Assembly (NCBI GenBank): GCA_024276425.1
Contig: JAJRXF010000013.1
Span: forward strand, 16,364 to 80,363
DNA from: Actinomycetes bacterium
Lineage (GTDB): Bacteria > Actinomycetota > Acidimicrobiia > Acidimicrobiales > SZUA-35
Direction of reading: 5' to 3'
Length of the DNA stretch: 64,000 bases
Shown: positions 36,837 through 46,341 of the stretch, piece after piece
How the letters are laid out: each line of letters opens with the position of its first letter
How positions within the stretch are numbered: the stretch's first letter is position 1
Position numbers and translations under genes: made by a program
Notes under the pieces: generated by a model
The model's input: the letters and a program-made list of their open reading frames with translations, nothing else
What the model was told of the DNA's origin: nothing
Databases searched by the model: none

Positions 36837-37460
36837 ATGATCGCCTTCGACCATCTCGTGATCGCTGGTCCTGATCTGCAGGAGTTGGTCGAGCTCATGC
36901 TTGACAGAACTGGCGTCCGTTCCGTCCCGGGAGGTCCTCACCCTGGCCTAGGAACAACCAACGAATTAATCGGCATCGGCCCGTCTACCTATGTGGAACT
37001 GATTGGCCCGGATCGGGCACAACCGAGTCCCGATGACCCTCGTCCTTTTGGCATCGACCACTTGAAGAAGCCAACATTGGTGACCTGGGCCGTGGCGGTT
37101 GACGATATAGACACTGCAACTGCCAGCGTGGCTGAGGCCGGGCTTGACCCGGGTGTAGCCTTCCCCATGTCGCGGGTTCGACCCGATGGGATATCGCTCA
37201 ACTGGAAGTTGGCAATTCCACCATCCAAGGAGCTTGGCGGCGTTATGCCCTTCTTGATTTGTTGGGACTCAGGGACGCCGCATCCCGCGGCATCCTTGCC
37301 ACCGACGCTGAGGGTTGCAGACTTTAGCTTGAGTCATCCTAAGCCATTGCTCATTCGAACGGCGGTGGAGGCGGCGACCGGCTCAGGAGTGGAGGTTGTC
37401 GACGGGGACCCAGGTCTAAGTGTCGTCCTGGCCGGCCCGAGGGGGAATGTCACCTTCTGA
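36837..37460 (+). CDS. VOC-superfamily / glyoxalase-like domain protein
   Basis: 'FDHLVIAGPDLQELVELMLDRTGV...GGPHPGLGTTNELIGIG..YVELIGPD' resembles the Glyoxalase_3-type domain. Assignment is by eye. Confidence 0.6.
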   Translation: MIAFDHLVIAGPDLQELVELMLDRTGVRSVPGGPHPGLGTTNELIGIGPSTYVELIGPDRAQPSPDDPRPFGIDHLKKPTLVTWAVAVDDIDTATASVAEAGLDPGVAFPMSRVRPDGISLNWKLAIPPSKELGGVMPFLICWDSGTPHPAASLPPTLRVADFSLSHPKPLLIRTAVEAATGSGVEVVDGDPGLSVVLAGPRGNVTF

Positions 37461-37492
37461 GCGTTGCAACAAACAATGCCGTCTACGAAGAA

Positions 37493-37513
37493 CAGCGGTG
37501 CTCCCCACCGCTG
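37493..37513 (+). terminator. GC-rich hairpin after the VOC gene (possible U-tract-less terminator)
   Basis: cagcggtg-ctccc-caccgctg. No T-run follows. Confidence 0.35.
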
Positions 37514-37659
37514 ACATCAACAATAGGAAGAGTCCCACGGTTCGCAGTCGGTGAAGCATCCGACAAAAGTAGAAGCTGCTTCAAGTTGGTGGATCGACAA
37601 TGATCTCTTGAGGCCAGACACCGACGGCATAGAGCCACCCTCGATAGCCTGGCGCCACC

Positions 37660-38958
37660 GTGACGCGACAGTATTGGGTCGAGACTCTCGGCTGCCCGAA
37701 GAACCAGGTTGATTCCGACAAGCTCGTTGGCACACTCGCCGCCGACGGGATGATTCGAGCATCCCGCGTTGAGGATGCCGACCTAGTCGTGGTGAATACG
37801 TGTGCATTTATCGAGGACGCCAGGCAAGAGTCGGTCAATACCGTTCTGGCGTTGAGTGAGGCCAAGGACGAACTGGCTGAGATCGTTGTCACCGGCTGCA
37901 TGGCCGAGCGATACGGATCCGAATTGGCTGATGCTCTTCCGGAAGTGACCAGGGTCGCCGGATTCGGAGTTCCCGTCACCCTTGGCCAAAGTCGTCCCGC
38001 TGGATCGGTGGCCGAGGCGGGTCCCAACCGGAGTCTTCCCAAACTTGACTTGCTCGAACTTCCGCGTCCACCGGCTACCGCACCCTGGGCCTATGTGAAG
38101 ATTGCCGAGGGTTGCGACCGGAACTGTGGGTTTTGTGCTATCCCAACCTTTCGGGGCAAACAGCGTTCGCGCTCCCACCAGTCCATCCTGGCTGAGGTGG
38201 AGCAACTCGACGTCGGTGAAATCGTTCTCGTAGCCCAAGACTTGGCCGCGTTCGGACGAGATCAAGGAGTCGGCGAGCGTTCAATTGTTTCGCTCGTTGG
38301 CGAAGTCTCCGAACGAGTGCACTGGGTCCGACTGCTGTACTTGTATCCGTCAGATCTTGGCGATGATCTCATCGAAGCCATTTGTAATACCGGGGTTCCC
38401 TATTTCGATCTGTCGCTACAGCATGTTTCTCCCAAGCTATTGCGGGGAATGCGCCGCTGGGGAAGCGGTGAGCAGTTTCTTGAGCGCATTGAGATGATTC
38501 GTGCCCGAGAGTCCCATGCCACCTTTCGATCCAATTTCATCGTTGGCTATCCGGGCGAGACTGAGGCCGATCATGACCAACTCTTGCGTTTTGTGGAAGA
38601 GGCTGAGGTGGATTGGTGCGGGTTCTTTGCCTACTCAAAAGAGGACGGCACCCATGCCGCCGGTCTTGATGGTGAGGTCCCATCTGGCCTAGTCATGGAA
38701 CGGATGGCCGAACTGGGAGAACTGCAGGACGGCATAACTCAGGCCAAACGAGATGAGCTTATTGGCAGCGAAATCCAAGTGCTGGTTGATATTCCCGGGC
38801 AAGGGCGCTCCCCGCGAGAGGCTCCAGAAATTGATGGAGTCGTCGAACTCCCGTCGTCGCTACCGGTCGGTGAGTTCTTCTCTGTTGTCGTCAGCGAGGC
38901 CCGTGGGCCCGACCTGATTGCTGTCCCAAGCAACGTTCCTGGTGGAAAAGGGGGTTGA
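37660..38958 (+). CDS. rimO: Ribosomal protein S12 methylthiotransferase RimO
   Basis: 'YWVETLGCPKNQVDSDKL' (UPF0004 domain), radical-SAM 'CDRNCGFCAIP', and a C-terminal TRAM domain. GTG start. Confidence 0.9.
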   Translation: MTRQYWVETLGCPKNQVDSDKLVGTLAADGMIRASRVEDADLVVVNTCAFIEDARQESVNTVLALSEAKDELAEIVVTGCMAERYGSELADALPEVTRVAGFGVPVTLGQSRPAGSVAEAGPNRSLPKLDLLELPRPPATAPWAYVKIAEGCDRNCGFCAIPTFRGKQRSRSHQSILAEVEQLDVGEIVLVAQDLAAFGRDQGVGERSIVSLVGEVSERVHWVRLLYLYPSDLGDDLIEAICNTGVPYFDLSLQHVSPKLLRGMRRWGSGEQFLERIEMIRARESHATFRSNFIVGYPGETEADHDQLLRFVEEAEVDWCGFFAYSKEDGTHAAGLDGEVPSGLVMERMAELGELQDGITQAKRDELIGSEIQVLVDIPGQGRSPREAPEIDGVVELPSSLPVGEFFSVVVSEARGPDLIAVPSNVPGGKGG

Positions 38959-38962
38959 AGCG

Positions 38963-39562
38963 GTGACTGAGGGGGCAACGGCCAACAACACCAAGAGGAC
39001 CAGAATGGACCTTATCGGCAGCTCTCGCTACGCACTTGCCGCCAATGGACTTACGATCAGTCGGCTTCTTCTTTCTCCCGTATTTGCCCTGCTAATACTC
39101 GAGAAAAATCCATGGTGGCTGACCTTTGCCATGGGCTGGGCTCTTGGGGCGACCGATCTCTTTGATGGCAAGCTTGCCCGCCAGGCCACCCCCACCAAGT
39201 TTGGAGCTTTTTTCGATCCATTGGCCGACAAAGCGGTGGTATTACTGGCTGGATTTGCTCTTGTCAGTATCGGTCGTTTCCCCCTTCTACCCATTCTGCT
39301 CATCGCAGTTCGAGAGTTCGGTATTCAGGGTTACCGCTCGTACTGGACTCGAGAAGGTTTGGCTATTCCCGCCCGTCAGTCAGGAAAGTACAAGGTTTTT
39401 GTCCAGGGCATCGCCATATCCGCGGCAACGCTGCCCTGGCTTGAAGGTGTCCCCGTCGTAGCCGACGTTCTCTTGTGGATAGCGGTTGCCTTCACGCTGA
39501 TTTCTGGGTTGCAATACCTTCTGGACGGTCGAGATGCTCTGCGATTGACGGGGAGCCGATAA
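38963..39562 (+). CDS. pgsA: CDP-diacylglycerol--glycerol-3-phosphate 3-phosphatidyltransferase (start GTG 38963 or ATG 39005)
   Basis: CDP-alcohol phosphatidyltransferase motif 'TDLFDGKLARQATPTKFGAFFDPLADK', multi-TM. Confidence 0.88.
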   Translation: MTEGATANNTKRTRMDLIGSSRYALAANGLTISRLLLSPVFALLILEKNPWWLTFAMGWALGATDLFDGKLARQATPTKFGAFFDPLADKAVVLLAGFALVSIGRFPLLPILLIAVREFGIQGYRSYWTREGLAIPARQSGKYKVFVQGIAISAATLPWLEGVPVVADVLLWIAVAFTLISGLQYLLDGRDALRLTGSR

Positions 39563-39565
39563 GCG

Positions 39566-40825
39566 ATGAGAGTTGAAATTCTTGCCATTGGGACTGAGTT
39601 GCTACTGGGTCAGATTGTGGACACGAACTCGTCGTGGATTGGTGAGCAACTGGCTGCGGCTGGGATCGATTCGCACTTTCAGACCAAGGTTGGTGATAAC
39701 CCCGATCGGATCCGACAGGCATTGGCAGTTGCTCTTGAGAGGAGTGATGCAGTCATCTGCTGCGGTGGCCTTGGCCCAACTCAGGACGACGTCACACGGG
39801 AGGTAATCGCCGAATTCATGGGTGTTGGCCTTGTCCAGAACGATGAGATCACTCTTCGAATTCGTTCAATGTTTGAGAACCGGGGTCGGGTGATGCCTGA
39901 GAACAATCTGAAACAGGCGCTCATCCCTGTTGGAGCCGAACCAATCCCCCAACAGCCAGGAACGGCCCCCGGCCTGATCTGCCCGATTCCGCCCGTGGAT
40001 CGGCCCGAGGGCTCGGTCATATACGCGGTGCCTGGGGTTCCCTATGAGATGAAGGAAATGGTGAACGGAACCGTGATTCCAGACCTTCGTCGACGAGGCG
40101 GAGAGCTGTCGGTAATTAGCAGCCGAGTTTTGCGGACCTGGGGCATCTCAGAGTCCGCTCTTGCGGAGCTGCTGAGCGAAAGAATCAGTCGGCTTGATGA
40201 GGCTGGGAATCCAACACTGGCCTTCTTGGCTAGTGGCGTTGAAGGCCTGAAGGTCCGAATCACAGCCAAGGCGGCTAATGAAGCAGAGGCTGAGGTCATG
40301 CTCGACTCCGAACAAGCGGCACTCTGGCCCACCATTGGCCACCTCGTCTTTGGATTTGATGACGACAACATGGAAACCATTGTGATTCGTGAACTGGTGA
40401 ACCGTGAGCTCACCTTGGCTGTCGCGGAATCGGTAACCGGTGGCTATGTAGCTGGTCGGCTTTGTGCAGTCCCCGGGGCAAGCCAGGCCTTTCTTGGAGG
40501 GGTCGTTGCCTACCAGGCTGAGGTCAAGCAGCGCCTACTCGGTGTTCGAGACGGGCCAATTGTTACGGAAGAGGCGGCTGTGGCGATGGCCGAAGGGGTG
40601 CGAGAGGTAATGGGGGCAGACATCGGACTTGCCACCACCGGTGTCGCCGGTCCAGCAGAAGCAGAAGGCAAGCCGGTGGGTACGGTATGTTTGGCTGTTG
40701 CCTCCGCAGACGGTGCGATTGCGACAACGATTCGATTGCCCGGGGATCGCGAACGCATCCGGCAGTTCTCGACGATCTCCTTGCTTGATGTTCTTCGTCG
40801 AGTGCTTGTTGGTCAAGACGACTGA
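39566..40825 (+). CDS. cinA: CinA-family competence/damage-inducible protein (MoCF-binding + PncC-like NMN deamidase domains)
   Basis: 'VEILAIGTELLLGQIVDTNSSWIGEQL', 'GGLGPTQDDVTRE', and C-terminal 'AESVTGGYVAGRL' and 'TGVAGP'. Confidence 0.92.
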   Translation: MRVEILAIGTELLLGQIVDTNSSWIGEQLAAAGIDSHFQTKVGDNPDRIRQALAVALERSDAVICCGGLGPTQDDVTREVIAEFMGVGLVQNDEITLRIRSMFENRGRVMPENNLKQALIPVGAEPIPQQPGTAPGLICPIPPVDRPEGSVIYAVPGVPYEMKEMVNGTVIPDLRRRGGELSVISSRVLRTWGISESALAELLSERISRLDEAGNPTLAFLASGVEGLKVRITAKAANEAEAEVMLDSEQAALWPTIGHLVFGFDDDNMETIVIRELVNRELTLAVAESVTGGYVAGRLCAVPGASQAFLGGVVAYQAEVKQRLLGVRDGPIVTEEAAVAMAEGVREVMGADIGLATTGVAGPAEAEGKPVGTVCLAVASADGAIATTIRLPGDRERIRQFSTISLLDVLRRVLVGQDD

Positions 40826-40883
40826 GGGCTTCGGCCAAGAATGCGCGACCCATGTCGCCCCGCACGGTCGCTATTGTCGGTCC

Positions 40884-41015
40884 ATGCGTTTCAGTTTCTG
40901 GATGGATACGAGTGATGACGTCGAGGAAATTCTGCGAAGTGGGGTTCGTGCCGAGGAGACGGGGTGGGGTGGGTTTTGGGTTGCCGACCACTTCATGCCC
41001 ACTAGGAAACCATGA
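40884..41015 (+). pseudogene. 43-codon remnant resembling the N-terminus of a luciferase-like (LLM / F420-dependent) oxidoreductase
   Basis: 'MRFSFWMDTSDDVEEILRSGVRAEETGWGGFWVADHFMP' matches the usual LLM start (MRFG.w.......l...a..aE..Gfd.vwv.DH). The frame stops at 41013-41015, 3 nt from the stop of the convergent gene. Confidence 0.45.
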
Positions 41016-41018
41016 GCT

Positions 41019-41387
41019 TTAGGAGCCGGGGGATTCTTCGCTGGCGAAGCGACCAGTGCGTTGGCCATAGAGGTCGCTCTTCTCTGTGCAAACTCGTCCA
41101 AAAACGTAATCCTGAAATGCCAGTTCCCCTGGGTCCAACTTGTTCCAGATCTGGATGAGGACGGCGTCATCTAGAGAACAGAGGAGGGCGGCGATCTCTT
41201 CGCGTTCAGCCAGTTCGGCCGGGGTGAGTTCACGGCCTTCGATTTCGGCTAAGAGTTCAGCGGTGGTCGGCTCGGGATCCTCCGTTGAACATGCGCTGAA
41301 TAGCAAAAGTCCGACCGCAAGGGCTGCCAGGAGGCGTCTCACAAAAGAAATCGTAGCGGAGGTTGTTGTCCGAACAGGTGTTCGCAA
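41019..41387 (-). CDS. Small secreted/lipoprotein-like hypothetical protein
   Basis: Signal-like 'RRLLAALAVGLLLFSAC' with a lipobox-like FSAC, followed by an acidic mature region. No family recognised. Confidence 0.55.
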   Translation of the reverse strand: MRTPVRTTTSATISFVRRLLAALAVGLLLFSACSTEDPEPTTAELLAEIEGRELTPAELAEREEIAALLCSLDDAVLIQIWNKLDPGELAFQDYVFGRVCTEKSDLYGQRTGRFASEESPGS

Positions 41388-41634
41388 TTACACTGTTGTG
41401 AGTTGCTCGGGTGGATACCAGTTTTCTACCTATCCAAGAACCCAAGTCCGATGAGGAATCCTCGGCGTTGAAGTCGCAAGAAGCAGTCACTGTCATACCC
41501 CGTCCGTAGTGTCGGTCCCCAACGTCCCCCACTGGAACTGGCGGACAGCCAATCAGCGAGTAAGACAAGCAATACCCAACGGCAACCGCCAACAACACAG
41601 TCGTCCAAAACAGACGCAAATAGAGGAGTCACCG

Positions 41635-42696
41635 GTGGATAAGAACAAGGCACTCGACATGGCACTCAGCCAGATTGAGAAACAATTCGGCAAGGGGTCC
41701 GTCATGAAGATGGGCCAGAAGACAGGCATGGAAGTGGAGACCATATCCACCGGTGCTTTGGCACTAGACATCGCTCTTGGTGTTGGCGGCTTGCCTCGAG
41801 GTCGAGTGGTCGAGATCTTCGGACCCGAAGCTTCCGGTAAGTCCACGATGGCCATGCATGTGGTAGCCGAGGCTCAACGCAACGGGGGTTCTTGTGCATA
41901 TATCGACGCCGAACATGCCATGGACCCAAAGTATGCATCCGCCATCGGAGTCGATATTGACGAACTCCTCATTTCCCAGCCCGATACGGGAGAACAGGCT
42001 TTGGAGATCTGTGACATCCTGGTTCGCTCCGGGTCCATGGATGTGATTGTGGTCGATTCTGTAGCTGCGCTGACTCCACGGGCCGAACTCGAGGGTGAGA
42101 TGGGCGACACCCATGTTGGTCTTCAGGCACGTCTGATGTCACAAGCCCTGCGCAAGTTGACCAGTAATCTCAACAAAAGTGACACCATCTGCATCTTCAT
42201 CAACCAACTCCGAGAGAAGATCGGTGTCATGTTTGGCTCCCCAGAAACAACTCCTGGAGGCCGCGCACTCAAGTTCTACAGTTCTGTGCGTCTGGACATC
42301 CGCAGGATCGAGGCCCTTAAAGACGGTGGTGAAGTTGTCGGCAATCGCACCCGTATTAAAGTGGTTAAGAACAAGGTTGCCCCACCTTTCCGTCAGGCCG
42401 AGTTTGACATCATGTATGGCAAAGGGGTGAGCCGGGAGGCATCAATTCTCGACATTTCTGTGGAGCAGAATATCGTCAAGAAATCGGGTGCTTGGTACAC
42501 CTATGAGGGGGAGCAGATTGGCCAGGGCCGGGAGAACGTCAAGAAGTTCCTGACGGCAAACCCAGATCTAATGATGGAGATCCAAGATCGTGTCCTAAAG
42601 GCCGTTGGCCTTATCGAAGACGACACCATCGATCTTGATGATGAATCGTCGAAGAGTGAGAACGGCACTGCGGATGAGCCCATAACCCTGTCCTAA
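41635..42696 (+). CDS. recA: Recombinase RecA
   Basis: GTG 41635 with RBS agaggag 6 nt upstream. '[26 protein letters not shown]', Walker A 'GPEASGKST', and '[37 protein letters not shown]'. Confidence 0.96.
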   Translation: MDKNKALDMALSQIEKQFGKGSVMKMGQKTGMEVETISTGALALDIALGVGGLPRGRVVEIFGPEASGKSTMAMHVVAEAQRNGGSCAYIDAEHAMDPKYASAIGVDIDELLISQPDTGEQALEICDILVRSGSMDVIVVDSVAALTPRAELEGEMGDTHVGLQARLMSQALRKLTSNLNKSDTICIFINQLREKIGVMFGSPETTPGGRALKFYSSVRLDIRRIEALKDGGEVVGNRTRIKVVKNKVAPPFRQAEFDIMYGKGVSREASILDISVEQNIVKKSGAWYTYEGEQIGQGRENVKKFLTANPDLMMEIQDRVLKAVGLIEDDTIDLDDESSKSENGTADEPITLS

Positions 42697-42724
42697 CCAG
42701 TGTTCTAGTATGCAAATAAGCGTC

Positions 42725-42767
42725 TTGCAGCTTCTAGCATCTAGCGAGTGCTAGAAGCTGCAATTTT
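42725..42767 (+). terminator. Intrinsic terminator after recA (15-bp perfect stem + TTTT); it also covers the start codon of the next gene
   Basis: ttgcagcttctagca (42725-42739), a 9-nt loop, tgctagaagctgcaa (42749-42763), then tttt (42764-42767). Confidence 0.8.
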
Positions 42768-43848
42768 CGACATGGATGGCCTGCTGGTTGAATCGGAGTC
42801 TCGATGGCGCCAGGCCGAACAAGAGGTCTGCCGAGATCTTGGGCTTTCGCTCACCGAAGACGACTTCGACCGGACCATGGGGGTGCGGATGCGTGAGGTG
42901 GCCAAACTTTGGTTCCAATGGGAACCATGGGCCGGTCCATCGACCGATGAGGTCGCCCGACGGGTGATCGACAGGGTTACCGAACTTTGTCAGGGAGTCG
43001 AGGCGCTCCCCGGAGTACCCGAGGCGATCGAGCTTCTTGTATCGGCGGGGTGTCGGTTAGCCCTCTGTTCGTCATCGGACCTCGTCATGATCGAAGCCAT
43101 CCTGGCTTCGCTTGGTTTGCGTGACCGATTCGAAGTGGTGTACTCGGCCGAGAATGATGCCTTCGGGAAACCACACCCCATGCCCTATCTGGAGACGGCG
43201 TCGTTGCTCGGTGTCGAGCCACGGCGATGCATTGCTCTTGAGGATTCCGTGGCCGGGACCATTTCGGCCAAGGCAGCTGGGATGCGGGTCATCGCTGTAC
43301 CCGATCCTCAATCAAGAGGCGGTGCACAATTTGGCGTGGCTGATGTCGTCTTAGAGTCACTCGCCCAACTTGACGATCATGTGTTGGGCGCATTGGCAGA
43401 CCACACGCCACTGCCAACGTTATCTCGCCCCCGATTCCATCTCGCCTTCGAGGTTGATGATCTCACCAATGCTCGGTGGTTCTACGGCGAGGCTTTGGGG
43501 TGCAGAGAGGGCCGCTCCGATGAGGGGTGGGTCGACTTCGACCTCTGGGGTCATCAGATCGTTGCCCACCTGGTTGATGATGGTCCACCGGATTCCAGAA
43601 CCAACGATGTTGATGGCCACCAGGTGCCGGCTCACCATTTCGGTCTCATTCTTCCATCTGGGGCATGGCATGACCTTGCTACCAGACTTAAACAAGCTGG
43701 GGTGAAGTTCCTTATGGAACCTACCGTGCGGTTTGCTGGCCAACCGGGTGAGCAGTCGACGATGTTTGTCCAAGACCCTGCCGGGAATGCACTGGAGTTC
43801 AAATCCGTTCTTGATGATCGAACGGTGTTCGCACTGGACATGGTCTAA
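42748..43848 (+). CDS. Two-domain fusion: HAD-IA phosphatase (beta-PGM / sugar-phosphatase-like) + VOC (glyoxalase/dioxygenase-fold) domain
   Basis: HAD motif I 'AIFDMDGLLVESE', motif II 'LALCSSS', and motif IV region 'IALEDSVAGTISAKAAGMRVIAV'. The C-terminal ~140 aa, 'FHLAFEVDDLTNARWFYGEALG...HHFGLIL...FVQDPAGNALEFK', are VOC-like. The GTG start must lie upstream of the DMDG nucleophile. Confidence 0.8.
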   Translation: MLEAAIFDMDGLLVESESRWRQAEQEVCRDLGLSLTEDDFDRTMGVRMREVAKLWFQWEPWAGPSTDEVARRVIDRVTELCQGVEALPGVPEAIELLVSAGCRLALCSSSDLVMIEAILASLGLRDRFEVVYSAENDAFGKPHPMPYLETASLLGVEPRRCIALEDSVAGTISAKAAGMRVIAVPDPQSRGGAQFGVADVVLESLAQLDDHVLGALADHTPLPTLSRPRFHLAFEVDDLTNARWFYGEALGCREGRSDEGWVDFDLWGHQIVAHLVDDGPPDSRTNDVDGHQVPAHHFGLILPSGAWHDLATRLKQAGVKFLMEPTVRFAGQPGEQSTMFVQDPAGNALEFKSVLDDRTVFALDMV

Positions 43849-43856
43849 TCCGAGGG

Positions 43857-43913
43857 CACAGAGTCACGGCCACAGAGTCACGGCCACAGAGTCACGGCCA
43901 CAGAGTCACCGGC
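43857..43913 (+). repeat. 14-bp tandem repeat x4 (last copy has a 1-nt insertion) in the intergenic region upstream of gnd
   Basis: cacagagtcacggc occurs at 43857, 43871 and 43885. The fourth copy is cacagagtcaccggc at 43899-43913. Confidence 0.95.
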
Positions 43914-43972
43914 TCCATAACGACGTCAGAAACCACCAAATAGGTCAAGAAGTAGCAACGAGGAGCATGGGC

Positions 43973-44992
43973 ATGCAACTGGGGATGATTGGGCTAGGAC
44001 GAATGGGAGCCAACTTGGTGCGACGTCTTCACCGGTCGGGCGTCAGCTGCGTTGTCTATGACCGTAACGTCGACGCCATTGATGAACTGGTGGCCGAGGG
44101 GGTGGCCACTGGAGCATCGGACCTGGGTGATCTGGCATCCAAACTTGAGGAGCCTCGGGCAGTCTGGATCATGGTTCCTGCCGCCTTCGCCGGTGCAGTG
44201 GTCATGGATATGGCCGACCATCTCAGCCGCGACGACATCGTCATTGATGGGGGCAACACGCACTACCCGTTGGATATAGAACGGTCCGATGTCCTCTCGC
44301 GGCGCGGTATTCACTATCTGGATGTGGGAACAAGCGGGGGCGTTTTTGGTCTAGAACGGGGCTATTGCCTCATGATCGGCGGAGAGGTCGAGGCGGTTCA
44401 ACGACTTGACCCAGTCTTTTCGGCTCTGGCTCCCGGGCTCACCGCGGCCGAACGAACCCGGGGGCGATCGGGTGAGGCAGCGACCGAAGAGGTGGGCTAC
44501 CTCCACTGTGGTCCGGCTGGGGCTGGTCACTTCGTCAAAATGGTTCACAACGGGATCGAATACGCCGTCATGGCTGCCTATGCGGAGGGACTAGGTCTAT
44601 TGGACAAGGCCAACGTCGGCTCTAGCGACCGAGAAGTTGATGCCGAGACCGCCCCCCTCGGGGACCCTCGTCTCTTCCAGTATGACATTGACGTGCCAGC
44701 GGTCACTGAGGTCTGGCGGCGTGGCAGCGTGATCGGGTCTTGGCTCTTGGACCTTACCGCCGCAGCCCTCAATGAGGATCCGAATCTCGACTCGTTCCAG
44801 GGGCGTGTGTCCGACTCGGGTGAGGGCCGCTGGACTGTTCTTGCAGCGGTGGAATCGGGTGCCCCGGGGCCGACGATCGCCGACGCCCTCTTTGGTCGCT
44901 TTAGTTCCCGAGGAAACGCTGACTTTGGCAACAAGGTGCTATCGGCCATGCGATCCGAGTTCGGTGGCCATCGTGAAAAGAAGAGTTCGTGA
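43973..44992 (+). CDS. gnd: 6-phosphogluconate dehydrogenase, decarboxylating (short Gnd-like form); start ATG 43973 (or 43967)
   Basis: '[17 protein letters not shown]' NAD(P)-binding motif and 'GNTHY', '[10 protein letters not shown]', '[24 protein letters not shown]'. aggag lies 7 nt before ATG 43973. Confidence 0.88.
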   Translation: MQLGMIGLGRMGANLVRRLHRSGVSCVVYDRNVDAIDELVAEGVATGASDLGDLASKLEEPRAVWIMVPAAFAGAVVMDMADHLSRDDIVIDGGNTHYPLDIERSDVLSRRGIHYLDVGTSGGVFGLERGYCLMIGGEVEAVQRLDPVFSALAPGLTAAERTRGRSGEAATEEVGYLHCGPAGAGHFVKMVHNGIEYAVMAAYAEGLGLLDKANVGSSDREVDAETAPLGDPRLFQYDIDVPAVTEVWRRGSVIGSWLLDLTAAALNEDPNLDSFQGRVSDSGEGRWTVLAAVESGAPGPTIADALFGRFSSRGNADFGNKVLSAMRSEFGGHREKKSS

Positions 44993-46341
44993 GCGGCCTC
45001 GCCCCTGATGCTCAAGCCGATGCCCTGGTTCTTTTTGGGATCACGGGAGACTTGGCCAGAAAGAAGCTATTCAGTGCCCTGTACAAGTTGGAGGCCGATG
45101 GCCTTTTGGACTGTCCCGTCATCGGGGTTGCATCCTCGAAGTGGACAACAGAGGAACTCATTGACAACGCCCATGAAGCGTTGGCTGGATCCGACCTCGA
45201 ACTTGACGACAATGTCTTTGGTGCTCTAGCTCGACGTTTTGACTATGTATCTGGTGACTATCGGGAGGCTACAACCTTCCAAAGGGTGGCGGACAAGCTT
45301 GGCGATGCCAGAATGCCTGTCTGCTATCTAGCCATTCCCCCTTTTCTGTTTGAAACAGTCATCAATGGGTTGGCTGACGCTGGTATTAACCACGGTCGGG
45401 TTGTTTTAGAAAAGCCGTTTGGCCGAGACCTTGAATCTAGTCGCAAGCTGGACCGGGCCGTTCATGCCCAGTTTCCCGAAGAGCGGATCTATCGCATCGA
45501 TCACTTCCTGGGCAAGGAGCCGGTGCTCAACATTCTGGTCTTCCGGTTCGCCAATGCCATCCTCGAACCGTTGTGGAATCGGCACTACATCAGTCGAGTG
45601 ACTGTGAACATGGCGGAGAACTTCGGGGTTGAGGGTCGAGGAAAGTTTTATGACGAAGTGGGCACAATGCGAGATGTGGTCCAGAATCATCTGCTTCAAA
45701 TCGTTGCCTTGTTGGCTATGGAACCGCCTGTGTCTGACGATGCTGACGCCATGAGCGATGAGGTTGTAAAGGTCCTACGATCGATGAAGCCACTGGATCC
45801 CAGTACGGCCTTCCGTGGTCAATATGAGGGCTATCGTGATGAACCGGGAGTGGCCAAGGACTCCGACACTGAGACGTTCGTCTCGGTCGAGTGCGAGATC
45901 GATTCATGGCGTTGGGCCGGTGTTCCTTGGACGATCCGGGCAGGCAAAGCGATGGACAAGACGGTCACCGACGCCGTGATCGAGTTTGTCTCGCCACCGC
46001 GGCCGCTCTTCACCGACCTTCGTTGCGCTCCCGCTCCGAACCGGCTGCGATTCGTGGTGAAGCCAAACGACATCATCGAGTTCGAATTGCAGGCAAAACG
46101 TCCAGGGACCAGGCTTCTAAGCGAAACGATTTCTCTTGAGGTCGATCATCATGGAATGGAGTTTGGGCCAACCCCCTATCACCGTCTCATTGGCGACGCG
46201 CTAGCCGGCGACCGGAGACTCTTCGCTCGCTCGGACCAGGTGGATGCTGCATGGCGTATCGTGCAGCCCGTGCTTGATGCCCCACCGCCTGTTGTCAGCT
46301 ACGCCTACGGGACAAAACACCCAGAGGGGGCACCTTCTTGA
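44989..46341 (+). CDS. zwf: Glucose-6-phosphate 1-dehydrogenase
   Basis: '[15 protein letters not shown]', '[14 protein letters not shown]' and '[20 protein letters not shown]'. GTGA overlap with gnd. Confidence 0.94.
   Translation: MSGLAPDAQADALVLFGITGDLARKKLFSALYKLEADGLLDCPVIGVASSKWTTEELIDNAHEALAGSDLELDDNVFGALARRFDYVSGDYREATTFQRVADKLGDARMPVCYLAIPPFLFETVINGLADAGINHGRVVLEKPFGRDLESSRKLDRAVHAQFPEERIYRIDHFLGKEPVLNILVFRFANAILEPLWNRHYISRVTVNMAENFGVEGRGKFYDEVGTMRDVVQNHLLQIVALLAMEPPVSDDADAMSDEVVKVLRSMKPLDPSTAFRGQYEGYRDEPGVAKDSDTETFVSVECEIDSWRWAGVPWTIRAGKAMDKTVTDAVIEFVSPPRPLFTDLRCAPAPNRLRFVVKPNDIIEFELQAKRPGTRLLSETISLEVDHHGMEFGPTPYHRLIGDALAGDRRLFARSDQVDAAWRIVQPVLDAPPPVVSYAYGTKHPEGAPS

Noticed and set aside
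37461-37659. The 199-nt gap upstream of rimO, considered as a possible sRNA or tRNA-like element. It has long-range atgccgtc/gacggcat pairing and a ggttcg-containing stretch.
   Set aside because: No cloverleaf can be drawn: the T-arm and acceptor pairing are absent. Pairings of this length occur by chance in GC-rich DNA. I kept only the hairpin at 37493-37513, as a weak terminator call.
41438-41449. A possible LexA/SOS box (GAAC-CCAA-GTCC) upstream of recA, plus a TGTCGG-like PafBC/RecA-NDp element near 41500.
   Set aside because: The dyad has a mismatch in the second half-site (GTCC versus GTTC) and lies about 190 nt from the start codon. The TGTCGG element lacks the downstream TAnnnT at the right spacing. 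Neither is strong enough to call.
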